Of a DNA stretch of 64,000 nucleotides, positions 1-8,131 are shown one piece after another. Each line of letters starts with the position of its first letter. Position 1 is the first letter of the stretch. Under the pieces are notes generated by a model. The model was given only the letters and a program-made list of their open reading frames with translations. It searched no databases and was not told the DNA's origin. The position numbers and the translations under genes were made by a program. The stretch is taken from contig CAZQUP010000001.1 of assembly GCA_964596545.1 (NCBI GenBank), positions 70,181 through 134,180 on the forward strand, given 5' to 3'. The DNA comes from an uncultured Desulfatibacillum sp. (GTDB lineage Bacteria; Desulfobacterota; Desulfobacteria; Desulfobacterales; SpSt-501).

Positions 1-1644
1 GTAGTAGCGCAGGGCGTTCGTGCGGTCGTCGAGCTTAAGGTACGCGTCACCGACATGCTCCAGGATGACGGGGTCGTCCTTGACGAGCTCGGAGGCTTTC
101 TTGAGAACGCGAAGCGCCTTTTCGTACTCGCCCTTCTTATAATAAACCCAGCCCAGGCTGTCGGTGATGTAGCCGTCTTCCGGCTTGTGCTTGAGGGCCT
201 CGAGGATCAGCCGTTCGGCCTCCTCCAGCTGAATCCCGAGATCGGCGTAGGTGTAGCCCAGGTAATTCAGGGCGGTCGCATCCTTCGGGTCAAGCTCGAT
301 GGCCCGTTTCATGGCCTCGATGGCCGCCTCCTTGTTCTTCATCTTGTCGTGGACGACCCCCAGCCGGAAATGGAAGCGCGCGTTCTTTTCGTCCTGGGCG
401 ACCGCCTGTTGGAGAAGCCCGAGGGCCTCCTCGAACCGCCGCGCCTCTTCGTAGAGGGTGGCGAGGTAATATTTCAGATCGGCGTTATGCGGCTGGGAGC
501 GGATCTGCTCCGCCAAGTGCTCGCGCGCCTCCTCCGCTTTGCCCTGCTCCTGCAGGATGAAGGCGATGTGCACCGAGGCGTCTTGATGGAAACGCGAAAC
601 CGGGGTCACCCGGCGGAAGGCCTCGAGTGCCTCCCCGAGGCGTTTCAGCCCGAAGAGGCAGAAGCCCCGCAGGTGGTGCAGGTCGGGCTGATCGGGAGCC
701 CCCGCCAGCATGCCCTCGAGGAGAAAGAGGCTTTCCTCGAACCGCCGGGGGTCGACCCAACCCTGGATCAGATGGAGAATGATCTCGAATTCACCGCGGC
801 TGCGCTCCCCCAAGCGCCGCAGGATCGCCTGTGCCTCGGCTGTCTCGCCTGCGGCGCGGTGCAGGAGCGCCGCATCGAAAAGCGCGCGTCCGTTGTCCGG
901 CTCGCGCGCCAGGATCTCGCGGACCACCCGCGCCGCCTCTTCGCGCCTGCCGGCCTCGCGCATGATTTTGAGCACTTCGAAGAGCGGCTCGGTGCTCTCG
1001 GGGTCGGCCTGAGCGCTGCGGCGGAAAGCGGCCTCAGCCGCATCCGGTTTGCCGCGGGCGAGATGCAGCCGTCCCAGCAGGAAATGGCCGGTGTAGGACT
1101 CCGGGAACCGCTCGACCATGCGCTGAAGAACGCGTTCCGCGCTTTCGAGGTCCCCGCGCTCGAGATGGAGGCTTGCGGTCACGGCGTGGACCTTTTCCTG
1201 TTGCGGGTCGAGCCGCAGCACGGTTTCGTAAAGCTCGAGCGCCTCGGCCGTCTTTTTCTGCGACTGTAGGATCCCGGCCTGAAGGACCATCCCCGCCGCA
1301 TCCCCGGGATGGCGCGCCCGAAGCTCCTCCAGAACGGCAAGCGCCTGGCCTTCCTCCTTGTTCTGCAAATGAAGCGTCGCCAGTTCGCGCCGCAGGAAGG
1401 GCGAGTCGGGCTCGGCGGCGATCGCCTCGCGCAGCAGGACAATCGCGCGATCCAGTCGCCCGGCGCGGCGCTCGCCCTGGGCGGCGAGAAAGTAATAGTA
1501 GGCGCTCTCCGGCCGGTGGGCGACCTCGCCGATCACCTGCGCGGTCGAAACCGCCTGCGGTGGGGCCGGCGGCGGCGCGGCGCAGCCGGAAAAGAAGAGT
1601 CCTCCGGCGGCGAGCGACAGCAGCAGTCTGGGTGCGGGCTTCAT
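1..1644 (-). CDS. TPR-repeat lipoprotein (3' end lies outside the window; absent from the ORF track because it is truncated)
   Basis: Own minus-strand translation from ATG at 1644-1642: MKPAPRLLLSLAAGGLFFSGCAAPPP (signal peptide with lipobox-like FSGC). Repeated TPR-like helices follow, ending ...GWVYYKKGEYEKALRVLKKASELVKDDPVILEHVGDAYLKLDDRTNALRYY at position 1. The frame is open for all 548 codons. The + ORF 55..1269 is its antisense shadow. Confidence 0.8.
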   Translation of the reverse strand, partial: MKPAPRLLLSLAAGGLFFSGCAAPPPAPPQAVSTAQVIGEVAHRPESAYYYFLAAQGERRAGRLDRAIVLLREAIAAEPDSPFLRRELATLHLQNKEEGQALAVLEELRARHPGDAAGMVLQAGILQSQKKTAEALELYETVLRLDPQQEKVHAVTASLHLERGDLESAERVLQRMVERFPESYTGHFLLGRLHLARGKPDAAEAAFRRSAQADPESTEPLFEVLKIMREAGRREEAARVVREILAREPDNGRALFDAALLHRAAGETAEAQAILRRLGERSRGEFEIILHLIQGWVDPRRFEESLFLLEGMLAGAPDQPDLHHLRGFCLFGLKRLGEALEAFRRVTPVSRFHQDASVHIAFILQEQGKAEEAREHLAEQIRSQPHNADLKYYLATLYEEARRFEEALGLLQQAVAQDEKNARFHFRLGVVHDKMKNKEAAIEAMKRAIELDPKDATALNYLGYTYADLGIQLEEAERLILEALKHKPEDGYITDSLGWVYYKKGEYEKALRVLKKASELVKDDPVILEHVGDAYLKLDDRTNALRYY

Positions 1645-1694
1645 GGAGGCGATTCCCGGGTTGCGGGCGGAAAGCCCCGGACGGGGAGGGGGTC

Positions 1695-3041
1695 TCATTC
1701 CGTTCCGGAGTCTTCCGAATAGGATGCGAAATCGGGGAGCTCGTTTTTGAAAAACTCGCGCATCTTGCGGATGATGTTTTTCTCGATCTGCCGCACCCGC
1801 TCACGCGAGATGCCGTAGCGGTCCCCGATTTCCTGCAGGGTGACGGGGTTGTCGGAGAAGATGCGCAGCTCGAAGATCTCGATCTCGCGGGGCGTCATCC
1901 GTTTGCGGAACTCGTTGATCTTGTTGTGCAACAGCAGCTCGATCTCCTTTTTGGAGACCTGCTCTTCGACCGATTCGGTCTGCGTGCTCACAAACTCGAT
2001 GCGCTCGGTGTCGGAGTCGTTCTTGACCGGAGCGTCGAGCGAGACGTCCCAGCCGTCCAGCCGCTGGTCCATGTCGACCACCTCCCGCTCCGAGACGCCG
2101 AGACGCTCGGAGAGGAGCTTGGGCTTGGGATCGAACCCCTGTTCGATCAGCCGGTGCTTTTCCTTTTTCAGCTTGAAAAACAGCTTGCGCTGGCCCTGGG
2201 TGGTCCCGATCTTGACCAGGCGCCAGTTGTCCATGATGAATTTCAGAATGTAGGCCTTGATCCAGAAGGAGGCGTAGTAGGAAAATTTGACGTTTTTGTA
2301 GGGGTCGAACTTTTTAACCGCCTGCATGAGACCGATGTTCCCCTCCTGGATCAGATCGAGCAGGTTCTGCATCCACACCCGCTGAAATTCAAGGGCGATC
2401 TTGACCACAAGCCGCAGGTTCGCCGTGACGAGCGCATAGGCCGCCTCCTTGTCGGCGTACTCCTTGACCCGGATGCCGAGTTCGCGTTCCTCCTCCCGCG
2501 TGAGCAGACGGTACTTGCTGATCTCGGAAAGATACCGCTGCAGAGGGTCGAACTTGATGAGCGCCTTCTCGGAATCCTCGGAGGAGGAAGCCGCCTTGTT
2601 CGGAAGCGTCGGCGAGGAGGAGACGGAATCGGGCTCCGGCGCCGGTCGGACTGCTTCGGAGGCCGCCGTTTCGACGACGCTCTCCTCGAACGGCAGCCCT
2701 TCTTTCGAGGCCGTCGGCGAAAGAAGTGCCTGCTCCTCTTGCGGTGCGGTCACGGGGGCGGGAGCGCTGGTCTTCGGCCGCCCGCGCGTCTTCGCCGCGC
2801 GCGAAGGGGCGGCGACCGGCCGCTTGGGCTTCGCTGCGGGGACGGGTCTTTGGCCCGGAGTCCTTTCCGTGAAAGCCTTGCGGGCCGCCGGTTGGCGCGA
2901 TGGGGTTGGGCCGGATTTCTTCCCCGCGGCCCGGACCGGTTTTCGAACGGCGGTCTGCGAGCGGGCGGAGGGTGATTTCCGATCCTTTCTTGGGGCGGAT
3001 CCCCGGGAGGGACTCTGGGTTTTGGTCGGCTTCTTCTTCAT
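1695..3041 (-). CDS. rpoH: RNA polymerase sigma-70 family factor, RpoH (sigma-32) type, with a long basic N-terminal extension
   Basis: The C-terminal ~280 aa carry sigma regions 2-4 (LLDLIQEGNIGLMQAVKKFDP; YASFWIKAYI; RpoH-box-like QRKLFFKLKKEK; region 4 LQEIGDRYGISRERVRQIEKNII). Residues 1 to ~165 are a K/R/P/A/S-rich low-complexity region. Confidence 0.85.
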   Translation of the reverse strand: MKKKPTKTQSPSRGSAPRKDRKSPSARSQTAVRKPVRAAGKKSGPTPSRQPAARKAFTERTPGQRPVPAAKPKRPVAAPSRAAKTRGRPKTSAPAPVTAPQEEQALLSPTASKEGLPFEESVVETAASEAVRPAPEPDSVSSSPTLPNKAASSSEDSEKALIKFDPLQRYLSEISKYRLLTREEERELGIRVKEYADKEAAYALVTANLRLVVKIALEFQRVWMQNLLDLIQEGNIGLMQAVKKFDPYKNVKFSYYASFWIKAYILKFIMDNWRLVKIGTTQGQRKLFFKLKKEKHRLIEQGFDPKPKLLSERLGVSEREVVDMDQRLDGWDVSLDAPVKNDSDTERIEFVSTQTESVEEQVSKKEIELLLHNKINEFRKRMTPREIEIFELRIFSDNPVTLQEIGDRYGISRERVRQIEKNIIRKMREFFKNELPDFASYSEDSGTE

Positions 3042-3100
3042 GAGGCGAGTTGCCTGCCCGCTGGACGCGCGCCTTGCGGTGTGTTACAGGGCGAATTCAG

Positions 3101-3177
<77 letters not shown>

Positions 3178-3260
3178 GCCCAGGTTTCATGCTCCCCGAC
3201 GGGCCACTTATACAAAATGGGCGCCCAAGAGTTCAACCGAAATCTGAAACCGATCTACCA

Positions 3261-3458
3261 ATGAACGCGATCAGCGAAATCTTACGACTCCTGAGCGTGC
3301 TCCTGGGAGCGGCGATTCTGGGGAACTGGTTCCTCTCCGAAGTGCGGGCCGCCCGCCGGCGTGGACGGCCGTGGTACACGGCCTACTTTTCGGCACCCGG
3401 CGTGCTCATCCTCGCGGCTCTCGCTTTTCCCATCCTCTGGTGGCTTTTTCGTCGTTAG
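3261..3458 (+). CDS. Small hypothetical membrane protein (two predicted TM helices)
   Basis: Internal ATG of ORF 3189..3458. MNAISEILRLLSVLLGAAILGNWFL...GVLILAALAFPILWWLFRR shows two hydrophobic stretches. No clear RBS and no family recognised. Confidence 0.3.
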   Translation: MNAISEILRLLSVLLGAAILGNWFLSEVRAARRRGRPWYTAYFSAPGVLILAALAFPILWWLFRR

Positions 3459-3690
3459 CCGATGTCGGGCGAGCGGCGATTCGCGGTCGCACGTAGGGTT
3501 TTTTTAATCATTTCGGAAGTTCCGGTTTCTTCCCCGTGGGGCGCCTTCCAGTCCGCCGCGCAGAGCCGGGGACAAGGCGAGCGATCCTCCCGGCGGGGAA
3601 CGGCCGCAATTCAAGTCTCCCCGTCCCGCCGTCGATAATTCTTCTCAAGGGCAGACGGGCTGTTTCACGGTGCACAGGAGGAGAACATCC

Positions 3691-4827
3691 ATGGCCGAAA
3701 CCCGTGTGGTGTTTCTTGAGAACATCGAGTGGTTCGACGAAAGCGGCAAGCAGCTCGTGCAGCGCATCCCCGCCGAGGGGTCGGCGGAAATCAAGTGGGG
3801 CGCCCAGCTGACGGTGCGCGAAAGCCAGGCCGCGGTCTTCTTCTACAAGGGCAAGGCCGTGGGCGCCTTCGGTCCGGGACGCCACACCCTGCGAACGGGG
3901 AACATCCCGCTGCTCACGAAGCTGCTGAGCGCCCCCTGGGCGTTCGACAGCCCGCTTCGCGCCGAGATCTACTTCGTCAACCTCAAGGTCTTCACCAACC
4001 TCAAGTGGGGAACCCGCGATCCGGTCGCCTTCCGTGACACCGAGCTTGGCCTGGTGCGGCTGCGGGCTTTCGGCGTCTTCAACCTCCAGGTCACCCAACC
4101 GGTGCTCTTCGTCAACCGCCTGGTCGGCACCCAGGGGGCATTCACAACCGCGGAGGTCGAGGAATACCTGAACCGGGTGATCGTTTCGCGCCTAAACGAC
4201 TACCTCGGCGAAAAGCTCGACACGCTTCTCAACCTGCCTTCGCGCTACGACGAGATCTCGGCCGGACTGGCGAAGCGGCTCGAGGAGGATTTCGGCCGCT
4301 TCGGCGTCCGCCTGGAGGCGCTCTACGTGAACGCGATCACCCCGCCGCCGGAGGTGCAGCAGGCGATCGACGACCGCAGCCGCATGGGCGCTTTCCAGGA
4401 TCTCGAGCGGCTCATGCAGCTCAAGGCGGCGATGGCCATGGAAAAGGCCGCCTCCGCCGGCGAAGGGGCGGGCTCGGGCATGGGAACCGCGCTGGGGCTG
4501 ATGCTGCCGGCGATGTTCGCGCAGGTTTTCGCCGCCGGCAAGCCCTCCGCCCCGCTCCCCCCTGCGGGAACGCCGGCTTCCACGGTCTGTCCGGAATGCA
4601 AAAGCCCCGTCGCCGCGGATGCGAAATTCTGCCCCCAATGCGGTCACCAGCTGGTGGTGTTCGACCGCTGCGCCCGCTGCGGCAAGAACCTCACCCCGGC
4701 CGCGCGCTTCTGCCTGCGCTGCGGACTGGAACAGAGAACGGGGCCGCAGAAAAAGTTCTGCCCCCACTGCGGGGCGGAGAACCTGGCCGATTCCGTCTAC
4801 TGCAACGACTGCGGGGAAAAGCTTTGA
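3691..4827 (+). CDS. SPFH/band-7 domain protein with three C-terminal zinc ribbons (YdjI / COG4260-like)
   Basis: ATG at 3691 is preceded by AGGAGGAG. The N-terminal ~270 aa look like the YdjI-type SPFH fold (AVFFYKGKAVGAFGPGRHTL, EIYFVNLKVFTNLKWGT, ITPPPEVQQAIDDR). From 4588 onward there are three CxxC-x(9-11)-CxxC units: CPECK..CPQCG, CARCG..CLRCG, CPHCG..CNDCG. Confidence 0.75.
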   Translation: MAETRVVFLENIEWFDESGKQLVQRIPAEGSAEIKWGAQLTVRESQAAVFFYKGKAVGAFGPGRHTLRTGNIPLLTKLLSAPWAFDSPLRAEIYFVNLKVFTNLKWGTRDPVAFRDTELGLVRLRAFGVFNLQVTQPVLFVNRLVGTQGAFTTAEVEEYLNRVIVSRLNDYLGEKLDTLLNLPSRYDEISAGLAKRLEEDFGRFGVRLEALYVNAITPPPEVQQAIDDRSRMGAFQDLERLMQLKAAMAMEKAASAGEGAGSGMGTALGLMLPAMFAQVFAAGKPSAPLPPAGTPASTVCPECKSPVAADAKFCPQCGHQLVVFDRCARCGKNLTPAARFCLRCGLEQRTGPQKKFCPHCGAENLADSVYCNDCGEKL

Positions 4828-6060
4828 ATGTCCGGCTTGAGGATCGAAACCGCCTGTCCCCAGTGCGGCGCACCGACCGATCTCGAGGAAACCGAGCGCC
4901 TGGTCACCTGCCCCTTCTGCCGGGTGAAATCCTTCCTCGTCGGCCGGGACGGGTTCCGCTATCTTCTGCCTTCGAAATCGACGCGGCGGCAGGATCTCCT
5001 CTACGTCCCCTACTGGCGCTTTAAAGGGCTTTTCTTCGCCTGCCGTCAGGCCGGAGTCGAGCACCGCTTCGCCGATGTGAACGAAATCGCCCTTGCCCTT
5101 TCTTCCCTGCCGCGCACGCTCGGCCTTCGTCCCCAGGGCCTGCGGCTGCGCTTCCTCACGCCGCAGGCCGAAGGCCGTTTTCTTCCCCCGGAGCGAAGCT
5201 TGGGCGACGCGATGACGGCCTTCCTGAGCCGCCTGCGCAAGCCCCACGAACGCCCTCTCCTTTGCACCGCCCACATCGGCGAGTCGATGGGGCTTCTCTA
5301 TGCCCCCTACGGGATCGACGGTCCCTTTCTCCTCGATGCGGTTCTCGATCGCCCGTTGAGCATCCGCACCCCTCCGGAGCTCCTCTCGCTTCCGGTGGAC
5401 GATCTCCGTCCGGCCGCCGGCGTGACGTTTCTTCCCGCCCTCTGTCCCGACTGCGGCTGGGACCTGGAGGGCAGCCCGCAGGCGCTCGCCCTGCATTGCC
5501 GCAGTTGCCAGAGCTCCTGGATTCCTTCCGACGAGCGGCTGACGCAGGTCTCTTCCTGCTGCGCAACCGGCGGCGATCCGGGCTCGTTTTTTCTCCCCTT
5601 CTGGGAGATCGGCTGTGAGCTGCGCGGGATCGAGCTGCGCACGCGCGGCGAGCTGGCCCGCGCCGCCAACCTGCCGGCCGCGCCGCGGAAAGAATGGGAA
5701 GAGGAGCCCTTCCGGTTCTGGGTTCCGGCGTTCAAGATCCGAGCGGAAAATTTCCTGCAGCTCGCCAAAGCCCTCACCCTCCATCCGTTGACTGGGCGGC
5801 TGGAGCCTTCCCTTCCGGGGCCGCGCCATCACCCGGTGACCCTGCCGGTGGAGGAAGCCTGCGAGAGCCTCAAGCTGATTCTCGCCGCCTTTCTTCGCCC
5901 GCGAAGGGATCTTCCGGAGAGGCTCGCGGCGGTCGAGATCCGCCCCGAGCGCTTCCGCCTCGCCTATCTTCCCTTCCGGGAAACCGCGCACGACTGGATT
6001 CAGCCCGAAGCGAAGATCGCGGTCAACCGCAACATCCTCGGGTTGTCGGCGAATCTTTGA
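4828..6060 (+). CDS. Hypothetical protein with two zinc-ribbon modules, translationally abutted to the SPFH gene
   Basis: Its ATG directly follows the SPFH stop (TGAATG). It contains CPQCG-x17-CPFC and CPDCG-x18-CRSC motifs, each followed by an aromatic YVPYWRF / FLPFWEI segment. No family recognised. Confidence 0.6.
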   Translation: MSGLRIETACPQCGAPTDLEETERLVTCPFCRVKSFLVGRDGFRYLLPSKSTRRQDLLYVPYWRFKGLFFACRQAGVEHRFADVNEIALALSSLPRTLGLRPQGLRLRFLTPQAEGRFLPPERSLGDAMTAFLSRLRKPHERPLLCTAHIGESMGLLYAPYGIDGPFLLDAVLDRPLSIRTPPELLSLPVDDLRPAAGVTFLPALCPDCGWDLEGSPQALALHCRSCQSSWIPSDERLTQVSSCCATGGDPGSFFLPFWEIGCELRGIELRTRGELARAANLPAAPRKEWEEEPFRFWVPAFKIRAENFLQLAKALTLHPLTGRLEPSLPGPRHHPVTLPVEEACESLKLILAAFLRPRRDLPERLAAVEIRPERFRLAYLPFRETAHDWIQPEAKIAVNRNILGLSANL

Positions 6061-6075
6061 GCGGCGATCCGGGTT

Positions 6076-6729
6076 TCAGCAAATCCAGGGAAGGAGATCG
6101 GCGGGGGACGGCAAGAGGAGGCGCGCCCCGGACTCCAGGAGTTCCTCCGCACCGCGGTATCCCCAGAGGGCCCCCACGGGAAAAAGACCTGCCGCGACGG
6201 CCGTCTGCATGTCGACGGCGCTGTCCCCGAGGAGGAAGGCTTTTTCCGGAGCGACCCGCAGGGCGGCGAGCAGCTCCCGGGCGCCGCTGGGGTCGGGTTT
6301 GCGCGGACGGCCGGGAAGCGCCCCGCAGACGATGCGGAAGCCTTCCTCCGGCAGCAGCGCCTCCAGGAGGCGGCGGGCCGCCTCTTCCGGCTTGTTCGTG
6401 AGCACGGCGAGCGCAAGGCCCGCCCCGCGGCATGCCGCCAGAAGCTCGCGCACCCCCGGAAACGGACGGGTGCGCTCCAGACAGCCTCGGGCGTATTCCT
6501 CGCGCATTTCGCGCACCCGCTCGGCGAGGAGTTCTGGGGGAGGAAGCGGCCGGGGAAGCGCGCGCCGCACCAGCGCCTCGATGCCCTCGCCGACGAACTC
6601 CCGGTAGGCCCGCGGGGGGTGCTCCGGGAGCCCGTGGCGGCGAAGAACGCCGTTCATCGCGCCGGCGAGGTCCTCGAGCGTATCGAGCAGCGTCCCGTCG
6701 AGGTCGAAGATCGCCGCCCGGAACCGCAT
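6076..6729 (-). CDS. HAD-superfamily hydrolase, phosphoglycolate phosphatase-like
   Basis: HAD motifs are present: FDLDGTLLDT (motif I), LAVLTNKP (II), K..PDP and LLGDSAVDMQTA (III/IV). ATG at 6729 is preferred over the track's TTG at 6753, which overlaps the gdhA stop. Confidence 0.75.
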   Translation of the reverse strand: MRFRAAIFDLDGTLLDTLEDLAGAMNGVLRRHGLPEHPPRAYREFVGEGIEALVRRALPRPLPPPELLAERVREMREEYARGCLERTRPFPGVRELLAACRGAGLALAVLTNKPEEAARRLLEALLPEEGFRIVCGALPGRPRKPDPSGARELLAALRVAPEKAFLLGDSAVDMQTAVAAGLFPVGALWGYRGAEELLESGARLLLPSPADLLPWIC

Positions 6730-6745
6730 CCGCTGTTCTCTCGTT

Positions 6746-8095
6746 TCAAACAAGCCCCTGGTCGAGGAGCGCCCGGACCACTTTGAGAAAGCCCGCGATG
6801 TTCGCCCCGGCCAGAATATTGCCGGGGCGACCGTAGCGCTCCGCCGCCTCGAGGCAGGTGCGGTGGATGTCTTTCATCACCGTCTGCAGCCGCCGCTCGA
6901 CCTCCTCGCGCGTCCAGGTCAGCCGCATACTGTTCTGGGCCATCTCCAGGCCCGAAACGACGACCCCGCCGGCGTTCGCCGCCTTGCCCGGCGCATAGGC
7001 CACCCCGCGCTCCTCGAAGAGACGCACCGCATCCGGCGTGGAGGCCATGGAGGCCCCCTCGACGACGAGGCCGACGCCGTTTCCGGCGAGGTGCTCGGCA
7101 TCCTGCCGCTGGATTTCGTTTTCGGTCGCGCAGGGGAAGGCGCAGTCGGCCGGGATTTTCCATAGCGGGTTGTGGTCGAGACGCAGATCGCGCTCGAGGT
7201 ACACCGCCTGGGAGTACTTGTCGACGTACTCGCCGATCCGCGCCCGACGGATGTTCTTCAGGCGCTTGATGAATTCGATTTTGTCGGCGTCGAAGCCTTC
7301 CTCGTCGTAGATGGCCCCGCTGGAATCCGAGAGACTGACCACTCGCGCGCCGAGCTCGACCAGCTTTTCGGCGGTGTGCTGGGCCACGTTTCCGGCCCCC
7401 GAGACGAGGCAGACCTTGCCCGCAATGCTCTGCCCGCGCGCGGCGAGCATCTCGCAGGCGAAGTAGACGACTCCGTAGCCCGCGGCCTCCCGCCGCAGCA
7501 CGCTTCCCCCCCAGTCGAGGCTTTTCCCGGTGAAAGAGCCGCTGAACTCGTTTCTCAGCTTGCGGTACATGCCGAAGAGAAAGCCGACCTCGCGGGCGCC
7601 CACGCCGATATCCCCCTCGGGGATGTCGGTATGCGGGCCGATGTGGCGGAAGAGCTCGGCGACGAAGCTCTGGCAGAACCGCATGATCTCCGGGTCCGAT
7701 TCGCCCTGGGGGTCGAAATCGGAGCCGCCGTGAGCGCCGCCCATGTTGAGCGGGGTGAGGGCGTTCTTGAAGACGTTCTCGAGGGCGAGCGATTTCAAGA
7801 TGCCGAGCGTCACCGAAGGGTGGAAACGAAGGCCGCCCTTGTAGGGCCCGATGGCGCTGCTCATCTCGACGCGACAGCCCCGGTGGACGTGGAACTGCTG
7901 TCGGTCGTCCATCCAGGGAACCCGGAAGAGGATCGTCCGCTCGGGTTCGAAGAGCCGCTCGAGAATGGCGTTCCGGCGGTACTCCGGGTGGCGCTCCAGC
8001 ACGGGGGCGACCGATTCGAGCACCTCGGTCACCGCCTGGTGAAACTCCTTTTCCCCGGGGTCGCGTGCGGTGAGTTTTCGCAGGATTTCCGTCAT
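6746..8095 (-). CDS. gdhA: Glutamate dehydrogenase family protein (hexameric NADP-GDH type) with an atypical GGAHGG active-site motif
   Basis: Near full-length match to recalled E. coli and C. symbiosum GDH: AIGPYKGGLRFHPSV, VFKNALT, GSDFDPQGESD.EIMRFCQSF, DIPEGDIGVGAREVG, GAGNVAQ, GKAANAGGV. RBS AAAGGAG lies upstream. The catalytic-lysine position reads His (codon 7732-7730). Confidence 0.9.
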   Translation of the reverse strand: MTEILRKLTARDPGEKEFHQAVTEVLESVAPVLERHPEYRRNAILERLFEPERTILFRVPWMDDRQQFHVHRGCRVEMSSAIGPYKGGLRFHPSVTLGILKSLALENVFKNALTPLNMGGAHGGSDFDPQGESDPEIMRFCQSFVAELFRHIGPHTDIPEGDIGVGAREVGFLFGMYRKLRNEFSGSFTGKSLDWGGSVLRREAAGYGVVYFACEMLAARGQSIAGKVCLVSGAGNVAQHTAEKLVELGARVVSLSDSSGAIYDEEGFDADKIEFIKRLKNIRRARIGEYVDKYSQAVYLERDLRLDHNPLWKIPADCAFPCATENEIQRQDAEHLAGNGVGLVVEGASMASTPDAVRLFEERGVAYAPGKAANAGGVVVSGLEMAQNSMRLTWTREEVERRLQTVMKDIHRTCLEAAERYGRPGNILAGANIAGFLKVVRALLDQGLV

Positions 8096-8131
8096 GGGAG
8101 ATCTCCTTTTCGGGAACCCGCCGCGCGGGGC

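Noticed and set aside
55-1269. 404-aa + strand ORF at the start of the window
   Set aside because: It is the antisense shadow of the TPR lipoprotein gene on the minus strand. The minus frame gives clean TPR repeats and a signal peptide, while the + frame gives low-complexity L/E/G/R-rich sequence.
1173-2975. 600-aa + strand ORF, plus the overlapping ORFs 1034..1804 (-) and 2449..3123 (+)
   Set aside because: The sequences are Arg/Pro/Gly-rich, typical of off-frame or antisense reading of high-GC coding DNA. The region is fully explained by the TPR and rpoH-like genes.
3470-3512. T7 run (GGGTTTTTTTAA) after the small ORF, considered as an intrinsic terminator
   Set aside because: The preceding sequence forms only a 3-bp GCG/CGC hairpin. 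That is not enough for a confident terminator call.
4192-5991. 599-aa minus-strand ORF
   Set aside because: It is antisense to the SPFH and zinc-ribbon genes. It has no recognisable motifs and an R/G/A-rich composition.
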